Below, one piece after another: positions 36,516 through 50,400 of a DNA stretch of 64,000 nt (position 1 is the first letter of the stretch; each line of letters starts with the position of its first letter). The stretch spans positions 7,608,829-7,672,828 of the forward strand of contig NW_002060946.1 in assembly GCF_000150275.1 (NCBI RefSeq). Reading direction: 5' to 3'. The translations under genes were made by a program, and so were the position numbers. The notes under the pieces were generated by a model. That model saw only the letters and a program-made list of their open reading frames with translations, was not told the origin of the DNA and searched no databases. The DNA comes from Trichoplax adhaerens. Taxonomy: Eukaryota > Animalia > Placozoa.

Positions 36516-39500
36516 CAATATAATGACTAAAAGAAATGTCGATATTAATGGTATCACCTTCATTGCTGGTTGGATACCTATAAATATGTCATTCTGCTCT
36601 CAGATACGTCTAAAAATTGGGTTGCGAGTTAGATTTATAATGCAAACTAGTTCCATATTAGTTGATATCCGCAGTGGATTAATTATCTGATTCATAAACT
36701 CAATTTTATATTTACGGTGGGCTATAGACCAGATAGAACCTTTAAGGAAATTCATCAGCCGAAATTGTCAGCTAAGGTAGTAGAACTCACAATGGAAGCA
36801 ATGACTATAAGAAATTAGCTGAGTCAAAAAAACGTATATACTCGTAAAAGTCTTTTCATCGGGAGACATCGATCAAAGTACGCCCTAAAAATTTTCGATA
36901 TATTGTCATAACCCCATCATTTCATTACTACTGATCGCTAAGATGAAGAATTGAATGGCTGTGTCCAATCCAATTATTGATCATCAAATAATCCTTTGCC
37001 AAAGAAATCGCTGAGGACTCGATAAACATTGAGCACAGCCTAGTTGAGTGACATTTGGTGCGATTTGTTGACCTGAAATCAAGCATGTACATGCATAAAG
37101 TATCTCGATAGAAATGATTGCTAGTTCTTATTAGATGAAATAAAATTTGTAATCAATCTAAAATGAACTATGCGGATTCTATCTTTTTCTAATTAGAGAT
37201 AATTCGAAGTTATTATTATAGAGTTGTATGCGTTACTCAATTATAGCGTTATAATCTTCACAATATAACTCCATACAGATTGTGAATAAAATAAAATCTG
37301 TAAAACATTTCGTGTTTTCAATAAAAATACTCAAAGATACTGTAGATTGCATCAATATAGAAGATGATGTGATATTTGCTAGTTTTACACAACTACTGGA
37401 CTGATGATAATAATCTCAAAATTAAAAAGTAGATGGTGGCTAGGTATTAAATTTCCATATGATCGCCTTCGTAATCTTCAGTGTGTTAATATATTTTATT
37501 CCATGATTCAAGCTGTTGAAAATTAAGCTCATCATGGTACTTTAACCTAATAAAATAATAAAGGAGAATATAAGAGAGTGTTTGAAAACAATTTTAGGCT
37601 GAAACGATGTTAACTGATATATTAATTCATACGGATCCAGCCTGATCTGAAACACGAGGTCATCAATTTTCTATAGTCAATTGATGTACAATATATGAAT
37701 TTACTAAAATGGCTTGTCTGAATACTTATCATCACAATATTTATTTAACTAAAATAAATAATTACCGTTCCATATTGATCTAGCAAGAGAGTATACGAAC
37801 AGCAGGCATACTTTATTCCAACTGTGTAGATAAATCACTCTGTAATGTAATAGATCAATATCGAGCAACGTATATATTTACTTAAGACAATTAAATAAAC
37901 TGCGATGTTTATAATTATTTTTTAGACTTCCTTTCCCTGGTTGATGAGCAAGTTAGGGCAAGAACTAAATTTTTGGAAATTATTAAAGACTTAAATATGA
38001 TCAGGCTGGATAAATACTATTTAACAAAACTGGAATAAGTTTATCGAAGGGTCAGAGATCAATATGATTGGATACCGTTTCAACCCATAGGTTGTTGACT
38101 GCCTGCCGCCGGAGAGTTATATTATATTATAATAGCACAGATACAACTCTGCCTTCTGATATTTAGTCATCAAACTACAGTAATTTATTTTGATCTAGTA
38201 AATTTGTTCGTTGTAAATTTACTTCTGTACTGTTTCAAGAGGATTTCAAAATTGATAAAGGCTGGAGGATAATTTAAGGTGAATTCGATATCGTCAATCA
38301 TAGTCATACATTCGAACATGATTTAACGGCGGATGACAGCGCTATAAGTATAGAGCGGCAAATTAAAGTGTATTATAGTAGTTATCTTGAATTTCTTCTC
38401 TAGGATATTGCATAACATTTTAGGATTGCATTATAGCATAAGGTCTTCTATTGTCACTTATTGACGTATTATAATGCAATTGAAAGCTATTTTAACGATA
38501 ATGCCATAATTTTAAGACCGATAGTACAGAATAAGGTGGATATTTTACTTCTTTAGTAACACTATCAAATCCACTGGTAACATCTACCGAAGGATGATTA
38601 CAATAATAAATTTTAATTTCTGAAATTAAAACTTATAAATGGCTTCCAATACTATTGATGACCTTAAAAAGGTGCTCTACGTTACTTTAGAGTAATTAAG
38701 ATAATTTAAATTTTTATTGTATATCAATATTATTTCGCAATATGCGCATCTCTATCTAGGTGACCTTTTGTGATCACAATAGTGTAAAAGGCATTTTGAA
38801 ACAAGAATGCAAATAATTAATGCAAGATCAATTTCTATCTTCCCGATTGTGTTTGTACTCTTCCAGTACGTATCGAGTGGCTACTTAGAGCTAATAGTAT
38901 AGCACGCTCGTTTAATTAATTAAGTTAGTAGATTTTCTAAACGCACAACTATAAATTTATTTCTTCAGTACTTTCAAAGAAAACTGTGTGTGTTTAACTT
39001 TTGGGCTTTTGCGAAGTATTTATAAAACTGTATCACTATAATTTAATCAATAAATTCAATAGCGATTTGATTGATTGACTGAAATGATAGACAATCTGCT
39101 ACTTCTGGCTATTTAAGATAACCGGTAGGTAAGAAAGACTGTTGTTTAATACCGCCACTTGGAGCACCACAACATTTCACAAATTATTTGCATATCTACT
39201 TGCTTAGAAACCACCTAAATTGGCATCTATGTGAAAGATTTATTAACTATGGTTAATATATAGGACCGCATATAATGCTAGAAGTAATTAATTTAGATAA
39301 AAATGTTGTTTTACTTGATTGATCTTGATTTAATTCGTGCGATGGTACTTACTATAAGGTACAGTTACAATAGCATTTTTGCCTTGGAATCAATTCCTAG
39401 CAGACTAAACCAGCTATGGAACTATTACAACGATAATTATTGTGACAAACATATTTAAGACTATTTTCATACCAGGTAAGATTTTGTGTTAAATCGTTAG

Positions 39501-40903
39501 CAGGTCCATGGACTGCTAGAAAAAGATCATGGTAGGTCTTATTCATACTTAAGATCTCGTTAATTATAACCTGTCAAGCGATAGTACTGTACTGTAGTTT
39601 GATCCACAAACAACTCCTAATCTATACGAGTATACATGAAGTAGAACCAATTTTTTTGTAATAGCATCACGGACAAACGGAGAGTGGGAGAGGAAAATTA
39701 TGCATACCTTCTGCAAATGATTCTTCTAAGTGAAGTGCCTTAAAAGCAAGGCTAAAATTTATAACAAGTTTTCAAGCAATAGCAATTAGGCATTGAAGAT
39801 TAGTAGCATTCAGAATTTATTACTTTTTGTAGCACAAATTACCAGCAATTTACAATACAGGGATAACAGATATGCTGGTCGACAGCAAATAAATACGCAA
39901 CTTAGTACATTTTCGAATTATTTTATATAAATTTGTTAAGAATTGTATAATTATTACGCACAGTTATTAGTTTTAGTATTTGTTAGCCTTTTTTGGAGCT
40001 TAATGATAAGATAAATAATTAAGCTTTCTTATCACTTCGATGTTCATAAAGACTACTTTCGACTTTATTCTTTCTAAATTTGTGCTTTGCAATTTCATTT
40101 ACATAAAATTCAATTGAAGTTTAATATTTCGATTGCTTTATGGCATGGTTTAGAATAGGCAAAAATTTTTATGTCAATAAAATTTTTCAATATCAATATA
40201 TTCTGCAAGAGCGCGAATTTTACTTCTTATTTAAGTATTCTTGCAAATTGTACTTAATGAACAATTATAGCTGATATGCCCTTTAACAGAAGAAATGCTT
40301 TTCATATATTTATAATTTCGATTACAATAAATTTACTAATTGCCAATACGTAGCGTGTCTAATCGTCTTTTATGTTAACCATTGAATTAATTATTAAAAA
40401 TTCTCTATCAGATATATTGTGGAAAATTGGTAACCAACTATTAATAAGTGTCAAAAGTAACACAAAGATACAAGAGTCGTATTTTAAATTAGATTCTACT
40501 CTACTTATTCCTACGTTTGACTACTGCACCATATCATTTAATTAAATAATATCTTTTTTCTTGGATTGCGTTTAAAAATTATTTGATTCTAATGTCACAG
40601 AGACGAATTAAATATTTTGATGTAAGAAGAAATTTATCTAGTAATTACGTGGCGAAATAGTGATAAATTCAAGAATCAAATTTAATGGATAATTATCTAA
40701 TAGCCAATAAAATTCTTTTCTGTACGCGTATCGCAAACATTGCGAAAAATTTACTATTAAATAAGAAATAAGTGCATTTGGAGCCTGTAGGCCACGACTT
40801 CCATAAAATTATCGGGGTGTTTACAAGTGTTATGAATGAGGTCATGGACTTAATTTTTTATAGCTTGAAGTAAAATTCGGCCTGCTTATGAGATTATCAG
40901 GAT

Positions 40904-43900
40904 CTAATTAACGGTTGTACTGCGTGTAGCTTGCAGTATTTGAATGAATTCATCAAAGCTTATCAGGCCATCTCCATTTTCATCCGCAGCCTGAATGACT
41001 TTAGTGGCTTCTTCGCGAGTTATGGTGCTATTCATTTGACCCATGACAGAAACAAAGTCATCTACACAAATGTATCCATCGCCGTCTTTATCGAAGGTGG
41101 TAAAAGTTTCCTTTATAGCATCTTCGGAATCGATATCATAATCTAATAAAATAGAAAGCACGCATTAATTTTTAGAAATATTAACAATGTGATTCTATAT
41201 CCACGAAGTGAACGTACATTTAATTTTAATTATTAACATTGATAATCATCATTTGTCCTATTTGTTTAATGCGATCCTGTACATATTAAAACTGTGTAAT
41301 TGTAATGCAATCATACTGTAGAAATGACTTTTAGTTTTCTTATAGCACTTTGATTCAGACCGAGGTAGGATTTTTAGTAGTGTCATGTAATCAATGTACA
41401 AAAACGTTTTATTTGCAGTTTAATAGGTACTTATTACTTATAAAACCCTCTCTTAAAAATACTTCAATGTTAGACGAATTTATTCTTGATGAATCAAGCT
41501 TAGAACATTGCTCTTTTAAATGAATTGCAATAGCTTTTAAATACTTTGTCTCTTAAAGTACTGTTCGTCAGTTTAAAGATAATTCAATACTATCACTAGT
41601 CATTTTTAATTCATACTTAAATGATTTCCTCTAGTTATAGTCATTTAAAGCGATTGTAATCGCTTCTGGGAACCTTCTAGACGATAGAATTGACACTGCA
41701 CTACGTTATACTTTATAATCGGAACAAGAAAACAATTGATAGCGATAGTTGATGATATTTTAACCATATTAGCTAGGATTCAGGTATAACAACATTATAT
41801 TTAAACAACTGAAGTCTATTTTATTTAATTACTTACTGATTTATTACGTTGAATCATAGCAATAAACTATGCTATATACTGGGCAATAGACAACTTAGCC
41901 ATGGTTGCTAGTATACATATAAATAGTGCTTCAGAGTAGTCTAAAGTTGATTAAACCCAATATTATCCAAAAATTAAGCGCATTTTACATCTAGCTGTCC
42001 AATTTTTAACATGCAGCTAGGGATTCTAATTTTAACTATATTGTATTCTAAATAAGTCACGTTAGGTACAGTATTCACGTTTTGAAATATAATATTACTA
42101 AAAGTTGATTTGACTGTTATCATCCAAATACAAAATTATTTTACTGACTACCGATACCTTAAAGTTGAAACTGAATGCATCGAAATTAATCGCATCTAAA
42201 ATTTAGGATATGGTGTATAGCTATTAATAACATACTTTTCTTGGTATAACGCTATAAGAGACTACAAAGAAAAGAGAGTGATGATGAGATTATTATACTA
42301 GATTTCGCATAACAGTACGATAATTGTGATGTACTGTAACATAAAGGATATTGCCCCATATTACAGGTAAACTATTTACGTTGTTTTTCTCTACAAAAAT
42401 TTCATTTTTTCGTTGTGTCTTTAGTCCTTTGTTATGTTATACTGTGGTAAAGTACACTGCTTAATTTTGTTCACTAAGCTATTCCACTCTTTCGAGTACA
42501 TAACATATCTAGAAATCGACTTCCTATTATGGTATTTCAATATGCTTTTAACTTTGATCTCCATAGTAATTCCACTTGAATTGTGATATATTCATAGATA
42601 TAGGATAATGATGAGCGACAATACAAGCAAAGATATAGCGCATTTTACAATGGCTGCATTGTAAAATCTTACTAATATTCAATTCAGAAAAGGATCAAGA
42701 AGTTTAAGAAAAGAGATTTAATCAAAGCATCACGCAACTGTTAAAATAGATAATTCCATAAATTCGATCATTATTTAGTTGTTATAGGATAATGGACTAC
42801 TTCAGTCGTATTTAATTTTTTCCATGATTTACCATAACCTATTTGTTGTTACAATTAACTTCATTAGATTTCAATGTAGTAACAATGAGCATAAAGTAGA
42901 TCAACAACAACCATTGACTATACTTTCCGCCTGCTAGATCTAGGATTATCTATATTATAGCATTGATGAAAAAATTGTTTCCTTGCATACGTAAACACTT
43001 TTCGGAATCATAAATTGTAAAAGTGAATGATCATAAAATCATTACTTAGCAAAGAATAGTTATAATTTATAAGAAACTTAGAACTATTCGTTTATGTTTT
43101 TCATCAATAATTGAACTTAAACCCGACTCTCAAATTTATACTTTTATCTGATGTAGAAGTTTATAACTCTTAAAAGCATGTATTCAAATAATTGTAATAG
43201 TATAAAATAAAGGGGTTATGACAACAAAATAATCGATATATCTTGAATAGAATGTTTTTAATTCTGTAATCTAGTTTGTTAATAAGGAAGAAAATTGCTC
43301 CCTTTCAAAATAAATTTTGCAATCCGTGATATCGAGACGATATTTCGAGACAGCTAGTTCTATTTTGAAAATTATTTGACTTAAAAAAGATTTTAATTTT
43401 AGGAAAAAAGTTATAGCCTTAACAGAAGCTGTTTTGGAACTTGTTCTATAGTCAATAAATTAAATCCAATCATCCATTTCAGTAGAAAATTACCGAATTT
43501 ATATCCGGAAATGATACTATTTTGAAATGATAATAAACTGGTAAGTCATAGAATTATAATTACAGTTATAAGAGAGGTAACATCAAATTTTAAATTTAAG
43601 TAGAGCAGTAAATGATAGATTTAGATTACTTTCATGCTTCACTAAGAACTGGCTCAGCTGATTTAGAACCGAAAATCTAAGAAAAGAAAACTTGACTTCT
43701 TGTAAGGGAAAATCTAGCAAGGAAGTAAATAGCTGAGTCATGCGGAAAATTTATTGAACATAGTTACAAATCCAGCTTTAGTCTACAAAAAGTATCTTTT
43801 TTACTCGCGATAGAAGTGAGATAAAGCTCATCCTACAGAGTAAATAAAATTAGAATATAAAAGCCATACTAGCATGAAATGTATTTAAAATCAGTAAACA

Positions 43901-44492
43901 TCAATTTAAATAATATTAAGTGTTCAGAATAAGATATTGTCGTGATTGTAAAATTATCTCAGAATAATAAATGACCGGAATGTATGTGTATAATTTATTA
44001 GGATATTCTAATTTGGCCATGTCGTGTAACTGCGATAATCTAACAGCAAGTAAAGTTCATCATGCTATAAAGTAGATCAAATTTAGTTCTTATATCAGAG
44101 GATGGAGATATAAAAATTGTAAATCGTCTTGTATCTTAACGACTTAACGTACTCAGTAATGAATCCATAAATTTTGCCTATGGGCATACCAGGCTAGCTA
44201 TTATACAGTAAACTTAAGTAAAAGATCCTTACTAGCTAAAAAAAACGGAAAACTAACCTGAATCAACGTTAATCAGCCAGTTCAAGAGTTCATCTTGACT
44301 AATTAAACCATCACCATTTTTATCAATGTCCAAAATGACATCATTCAGTTTTTTATCAGCCCAGTTTTGATTTAAGTTTTGTAACACAGTTTTTAGTTCC
44401 GAATGGGATAGCATTCCATCTCCATCAGAATCTAATACCTGGAAAACTTCTTTAACACGTTTAACTTGATCAGTTTCAAATTTGTCCATCAT
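40904..44492 (-). CDS. Calmodulin-like protein with four EF-hands, 157 aa, two coding exons (44492-44258 and 41142-40904)
   Basis: Donor TCAG|GTTAG and acceptor TTTTATTAG|AT are phase-compatible (G+AT = Asp), and 235+239 = 474 nt. Loops are DSDGDGMLSHSE, DKNGDGLISQDE, DKDGDGYICVDD and DENGDGLISFDE. Too divergent to be calmodulin itself. TATA-like TATAAATA on the minus strand at 44903-44910. Confidence 0.9.
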
Positions 44493-47400
44493 TGCCTTGC
44501 TTTGAATTTGTTATTTGGGAAAATTTTTGCTAACTGTAAGAATCATACGATCAAAAAAATAATCCTTACATTTTATCTAAGTAATGGTTACGGTATCAGT
44601 TTAATCATGTGAAACAGTTTAATTTAAGTGAATCAATCAGTAAATGAATATAGATTCCGTAGAATAAGCATACTAATTGAGATATGAAAACAAAAAGTGA
44701 AAAACTGAATTCTAATCTTAAAATCAATCGACTATCATTTAATTTCGAATTTCGTATCATAGCTAAACAAAAATGGATCCATTTTCTCAATAATGGAAAA
44801 AGGGTTTGCTCTATCGTTGTCGATGGATGGAGACTAAATAAAATGTAGACAATCTACGATGTCGCAGACAGTTATAAGCTAAACAATAGATTTCCTCCCT
44901 TTTATTTATAGGCCTTCAGAATAGACTAATAAGTTAGTTGATAATCATTCAGCTAAGTCATCATCATCTCTATTTTTAGATATTATACAATTAGTCGTTA
45001 AAAATGCCTTCAATAATGACTGAAGGTAATTAGGATGATAGATCCCAAAAATAAATAGTGTAAAGGTTTAGTAATTATTATCATAGAACTTGATCATCTA
45101 CTTACGGGTATTACTGATTAAATGATTACTTTGATGATCGCTCTCTAATGATAATTGTATTGAACTATAGTAGATGTTTCTATAAATGATTTGAGTGCTT
45201 TAATGCCTATATTATGTTAATTATGTCAAGAAACAAAAAGAATTTAACATAAGGATGCCATTAATTATCTAATGGGATCGACCGAACTATTTTCGTTTGC
45301 TAATGGCTACCCTTGCGGTTATGTAAATTAATGTCTATAATAGTAGCTATAGATTAAAGCACTAGCCATGATAAAAGTAATATTGAACTTAGCTGTTGGC
45401 TATGGAGCTTATTGTGTTAACTAATATGATTTTCTATCAATCATCCTATTGAATTTAAATTTCCAAGACTATCTATTTGTATTATTTAGAGCACAATACA
45501 ATAAGTGCAAGCAATACATAGAAAATAAAAATAAAGAATAGCCAATAGGTTGATGAGAATTTGATTTTATTGCTATCAGTTCTATTTGCTACGATTGCCT
45601 TCAAAAGCAAATTTATAAAGCATAATGATTAACTAAAGAGAAGAAAGTTTCTTCCTGTAGACATAAACAGTCATATTAAGCTTAATTTTTATTCTTTTGA
45701 CAAATTTTAGCTTTTATCAAGACCTTTATTTTCTTCCAGTAATTACGATAGGTATTTTAACGCTGCTGGAAATGAAAAGGTTTCAAGTTGATAAAAGATC
45801 TCTAGAAATACGCTATTAGTCGTTTGTAAACTATTGTTACGGTGTTGCCTTGTCATCAGGATAGTTTTATAAGTACAGTAGTAGCTATTATGGAGAATAT
45901 CCATATTTGTAGTGCTAGGTAAGATAAGTAATGCCTTAACGTGGATGTTGTTTGTAATAGTTCATTACATATTTGATATTGATTGTTATTGTGTGACAGA
46001 TAGCAGTAAGATGATTCAAGTTCTAGTTGATGATAGTTGAATTAGACAACCTACGAGCTTAGATTAAGATTAAGTATGAGTAAGAGATTCAAAATATTTA
46101 CTGATAGAAAAGCTATGTAAGGAACATCGCAGTTCGAGATGTTTCTCCTAGTAAGGTATAATAATAATACTGTTGTTTACAAATTAGACGGTTCCTATAT
46201 AAACGGGAACATTTGAGTTGAGAGTGCTGGTAAAAAGTTGTAGATGTATCTTTGCTAAAAAAAGTTTTATCTTTACAGTCTTTTGCTATGTGTGTTTAAC
46301 GTTAAGTAAAAGGGCGTTTAAGTCAGTAGCTACTTATAGACTTTTACTGTACGTTACCTTGTCGCAGAAGTGAAATTGTGACAACTATACATTTTATCGT
46401 CTGACATATTATCAAAAATGAAATTTTAGAATCAAAAAACTGTATACGCTTATGTTTAAGTCTAGATTTCGAACGAACTATTGCAATTTAATATCTACAT
46501 TAATGTAATTGAAAGTGGTAAGTAAAGATAGGAATGCCGCCGATTAATATTCAACACGCAATCATTTTGATAGATTAATCGATCTATCATATACGACAAA
46601 TAGAAAAATGACGGCCGATAATACAGTGGCTGTTGACCATCTAAAATGCTCAAATAGCTTTTATACTAGTCAGAAACAAAGTGCAATTAAAATTGTAGAT
46701 ATTAAATTAATCCAGCTAGAGAACTATCAATAGTTTAAGAAGATATTTAATAAATCTCTAAATTTTTGACTTCTATCTAGTCTGAATACTATGCTAGGTA
46801 CAGCAGGAAATATATCTGTCGGCGTCGATAGTTTTTCTGAATAAATCCACTTACTTGACTAATTATAGCTTACTGATATACTATTCCACGCAAGTAAAAT
46901 TGTAAGGAAAGATATGTAATTATTGTAAAACTTAAACTGAATCCGATAATATCTCATGTGTGTATCATTATCCTATAATAATAATTATAATAATTAATCA
47001 TGATTTTAGGTACTTTGCAACTAGGCTGTTAGTGGACCTGAGTCCAGCGTTTAGAACATCTAGATCGCCGCCAAATACCATTTGGTATTCCAACTTAATA
47101 TTTTGAGATTCTTAAAGCTAAGGATCTTACATCCTTTTCTATTTGTATCTTACACTATATAATACTGCCATAAGAATAATCAAAATCGGTGAACATCGAA
47201 AGTAATTATTGATCAGACTACTACAGCAGAAGTTATTGTCACATGGATAACATTGCTGAAACGGCTGTTTACCTGTATAGCTTGTACTATTTGAAAACTT
47301 AATCTATTCTCGTAAGAAACCACAATAGAAGAGATGGCATACCGGTGTATTATGCTTTAGTATATATCTTAGTTGAATTGATTGGCAATTAAGGTTATCC

Positions 47401-50400
47401 TTAATAATAATCTTTAGTAAAAGACGATAACGCTGGTGTTGATAAACATTATCATTTATTCTTATTACGACAGTTTTCCCATCCTCTCGAGTATGAGCTT
47501 TAGCTGCCGCTGATATTACAGTATTCATCGAAAATGTACCGCTGTATGAACGCATGCATGTATTTTTGCTATAGGAAAACATTGACGGTGATTTTTTTCA
47601 TCAGATCTACGTTTCTCATCATCTCGTCGTACATTTCCTATCACTATCACTGTTATGTATTTGCGTTCCATCATTTTGAATGCACAAACTAAATTATCTG
47701 TGACGTTACTTTATCAAAACAGTAATATGAGAACAATTATAGGATACAATTTTCTGAGTTACCACGCTTTAAGTCAAATTTCTTGCTCAAGTTCTGATTT
47801 TCAAATCGGCAAGTCTGAAATTTGCCTTATTATGACACTTAAAGGTATTATTTTTAAATTGCATTAAAATGCGTCCACTATAAGGTACCGGGGTAACAAT
47901 CCACACTATACCCCGTCCATAGTATGTCTGATATAATAAAATCTAGTAAACTGTTGTTGTAAAATCATAATAACCAATAATCTGCGGATGTACTTTACTT
48001 TTTCTCTCATGAGGGAATTTTAACGTATTTGATTATCTAGATGCCAAGGCACAATTCTAATGAATCTGTAATATCTAGAAATGCAACTTTTTTCTAATTC
48101 ATTCACTTATATATCAATTAAAATAAATTCCCAATTGATAGCATCGATAGTCGACAATTTTAATGTTGTTCTTTTGTCTTACAGAGAAATTTACTCGTTA
48201 ACTATGTAGTTTGGTGAAGGTAACATTTAAACTAGTGATTACTTTTATTATTAATTTGAACTAAAGTGCTACATCTTGGTTTCATTCTCCCTAAATGATT
48301 TATTTAAATATTGCGGCAAAGAAGGTACCTTCTGAACTTGTCAAAGCGATTAAGTAAATTTTAACATCGGATTAGTTTGATAAAATAAAAGATAGGCTAG
48401 ACAACATATCGTATGAATTTCACTCTAAAATTCAAAATATAGCTAGCATACATTAGGTAGCATTAACTAGAACAGGAATTGATACAATAGCAGTTTAATT
48501 ATCATTATATGTCACAGTGTTGTAGTCGTAATGATCCACCTGCGAAGCACAGGGTATTTTTTAACTTAATAAAACTCGTAATTTCTGAACTATCTCAACT
48601 TTCAGTTAAAATGACAAAACGACGGAATCATTGAAACGAAACATGAAGTAGGTATATCAAATGATGCTTCCAAATAAAATGACACTTAATTCGAATTAAG
48701 AAGTTCCTAACAGTAAATAAAAGAGGGATGTACGTGAAACCAAAAACTAAGGCTTTAAGCTAAATATTGTAATATAGATAGCAATTTCACGATAAATTCC
48801 AAATTGGCATTTAATTTAGAGTTTGATGGAATAGTTACTAAAACGTTTGGAAGTCATCTAGGTCGATTTAAAATGTGATGTGCTATCATTTTATGACAAC
48901 ATAAAGTTCTATGCCAACATTTTATATTAAAGCAAGATTAACTGTGCTATTGGACAGAAGTCACGATGCAGACTAGAGAAGCATCTTTCTTTCAGTAATT
49001 GACAAGGACATAATATTCTAAATACCAATAAGCTCTAGTGTAAGAAATAAATATTACTATAGCCGTCATATTCAGTGCGAAGATTACGTCAATTCAGATA
49101 CAAATTAAAGCGATACCCAAAAGAAATTAGATATCAAATTGGTTAAAAATTTGAATTGCATTAAATCGAGACCCAAGTAATGTTGTATATCCAATTCATG
49201 CTTTTGCTTACCCAATAATTCACGTCAGTAAGGTAAATTTTTTAATACACAGTAAATCCCATAGTTAATCCATGCCATTTACAACAAATAATCACAACAT
49301 CACATGTCAGTATATCATATAACATGAATGATGGTGATTTCTTATGGTCCTTTCTAAAGTACTCGTAACCTGATTGCCTTCATACTGTTATTAAGAATAC
49401 CGTAACGGTATTAATTAGAGTGGAGATATAGCGGAGATAAATGGTTCATGATCTTTTAATCTCCGTTAATTAATAAATGCTAGCATTGGTTGATGCAGAC
49501 ACTTTTAAGTTTTCAACCGCCGCGGCAAATTGTTTCCTTTAGGAAAAAGAAAGAAGCTAATAATTAATATTCTAAGGAAGCCTTGCTTTAACTATCGTAG
49601 TTTATAAGTTTATTAGTCGAATAGGGTATAATCGATAGTAAGGTATTGTATTAGACCAGTTCCAAGAGGTAAATTAATACACGGTCGGGGTTGATTTAAT
49701 AGATTCATTTTCAGTTACAATTATTTACTGTACTTTGTATCATGATATACTTATATTATCGATATTGAGATGTTTAGAAATAAAAAAAACATATGATCAT
49801 TTAAATATAATTTGCCGTTAATATTAAACATAGTTCTGACCTTGTCTTCAAAGGGATGATCTGTGAGCCGCTTTCATTCAATTAACATTAAGTTTGCATC
49901 TTCAACTAAATATATACCACAACTATTGATTCAGATTACTTAAGTTTATTAAACCTATAGGCATAACTGTCCTTCCCTTTAAAAATAGAGTTGATTCTTT
50001 CCCTATTTAAACTTTATCTTCTTTAAAATGAGTCTCCCACCTCCTCATTAAGATATACGTTCAATATTGATTAGACAATTAGAAGATGTGAATGCATTTA
50101 AAATAAAAAAATTTATTAATGAATAATTTAATAAATTTGCTGATAGCCTCAAAGATTAACTCACCCAGATATGATGAATATACACTTAAACTAATATGAA
50201 TAATTTATTATATCTTTTTGATTGCATATCTTAAATTTCCATCTGTTCTACAGTTGATTATATTCTATAACAATAATTAATATTGTTTTGATCTAATACT
50301 ATAAAGTTCATCACCTTCAATTAGATATTTATATTACACGTGCTTTTCACCGGAAAGGATGTACTTTATTTTTTATCTTTTAAGATCTCTTTGTGACTTC

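Noticed and set aside
42642-42667. Perfect 11-bp hairpin ATTTTACAATG-gctg-CATTGTAAAAT
   Set aside because: Too short for a pre-miRNA or MITE, and plausible by chance in AT-rich DNA.
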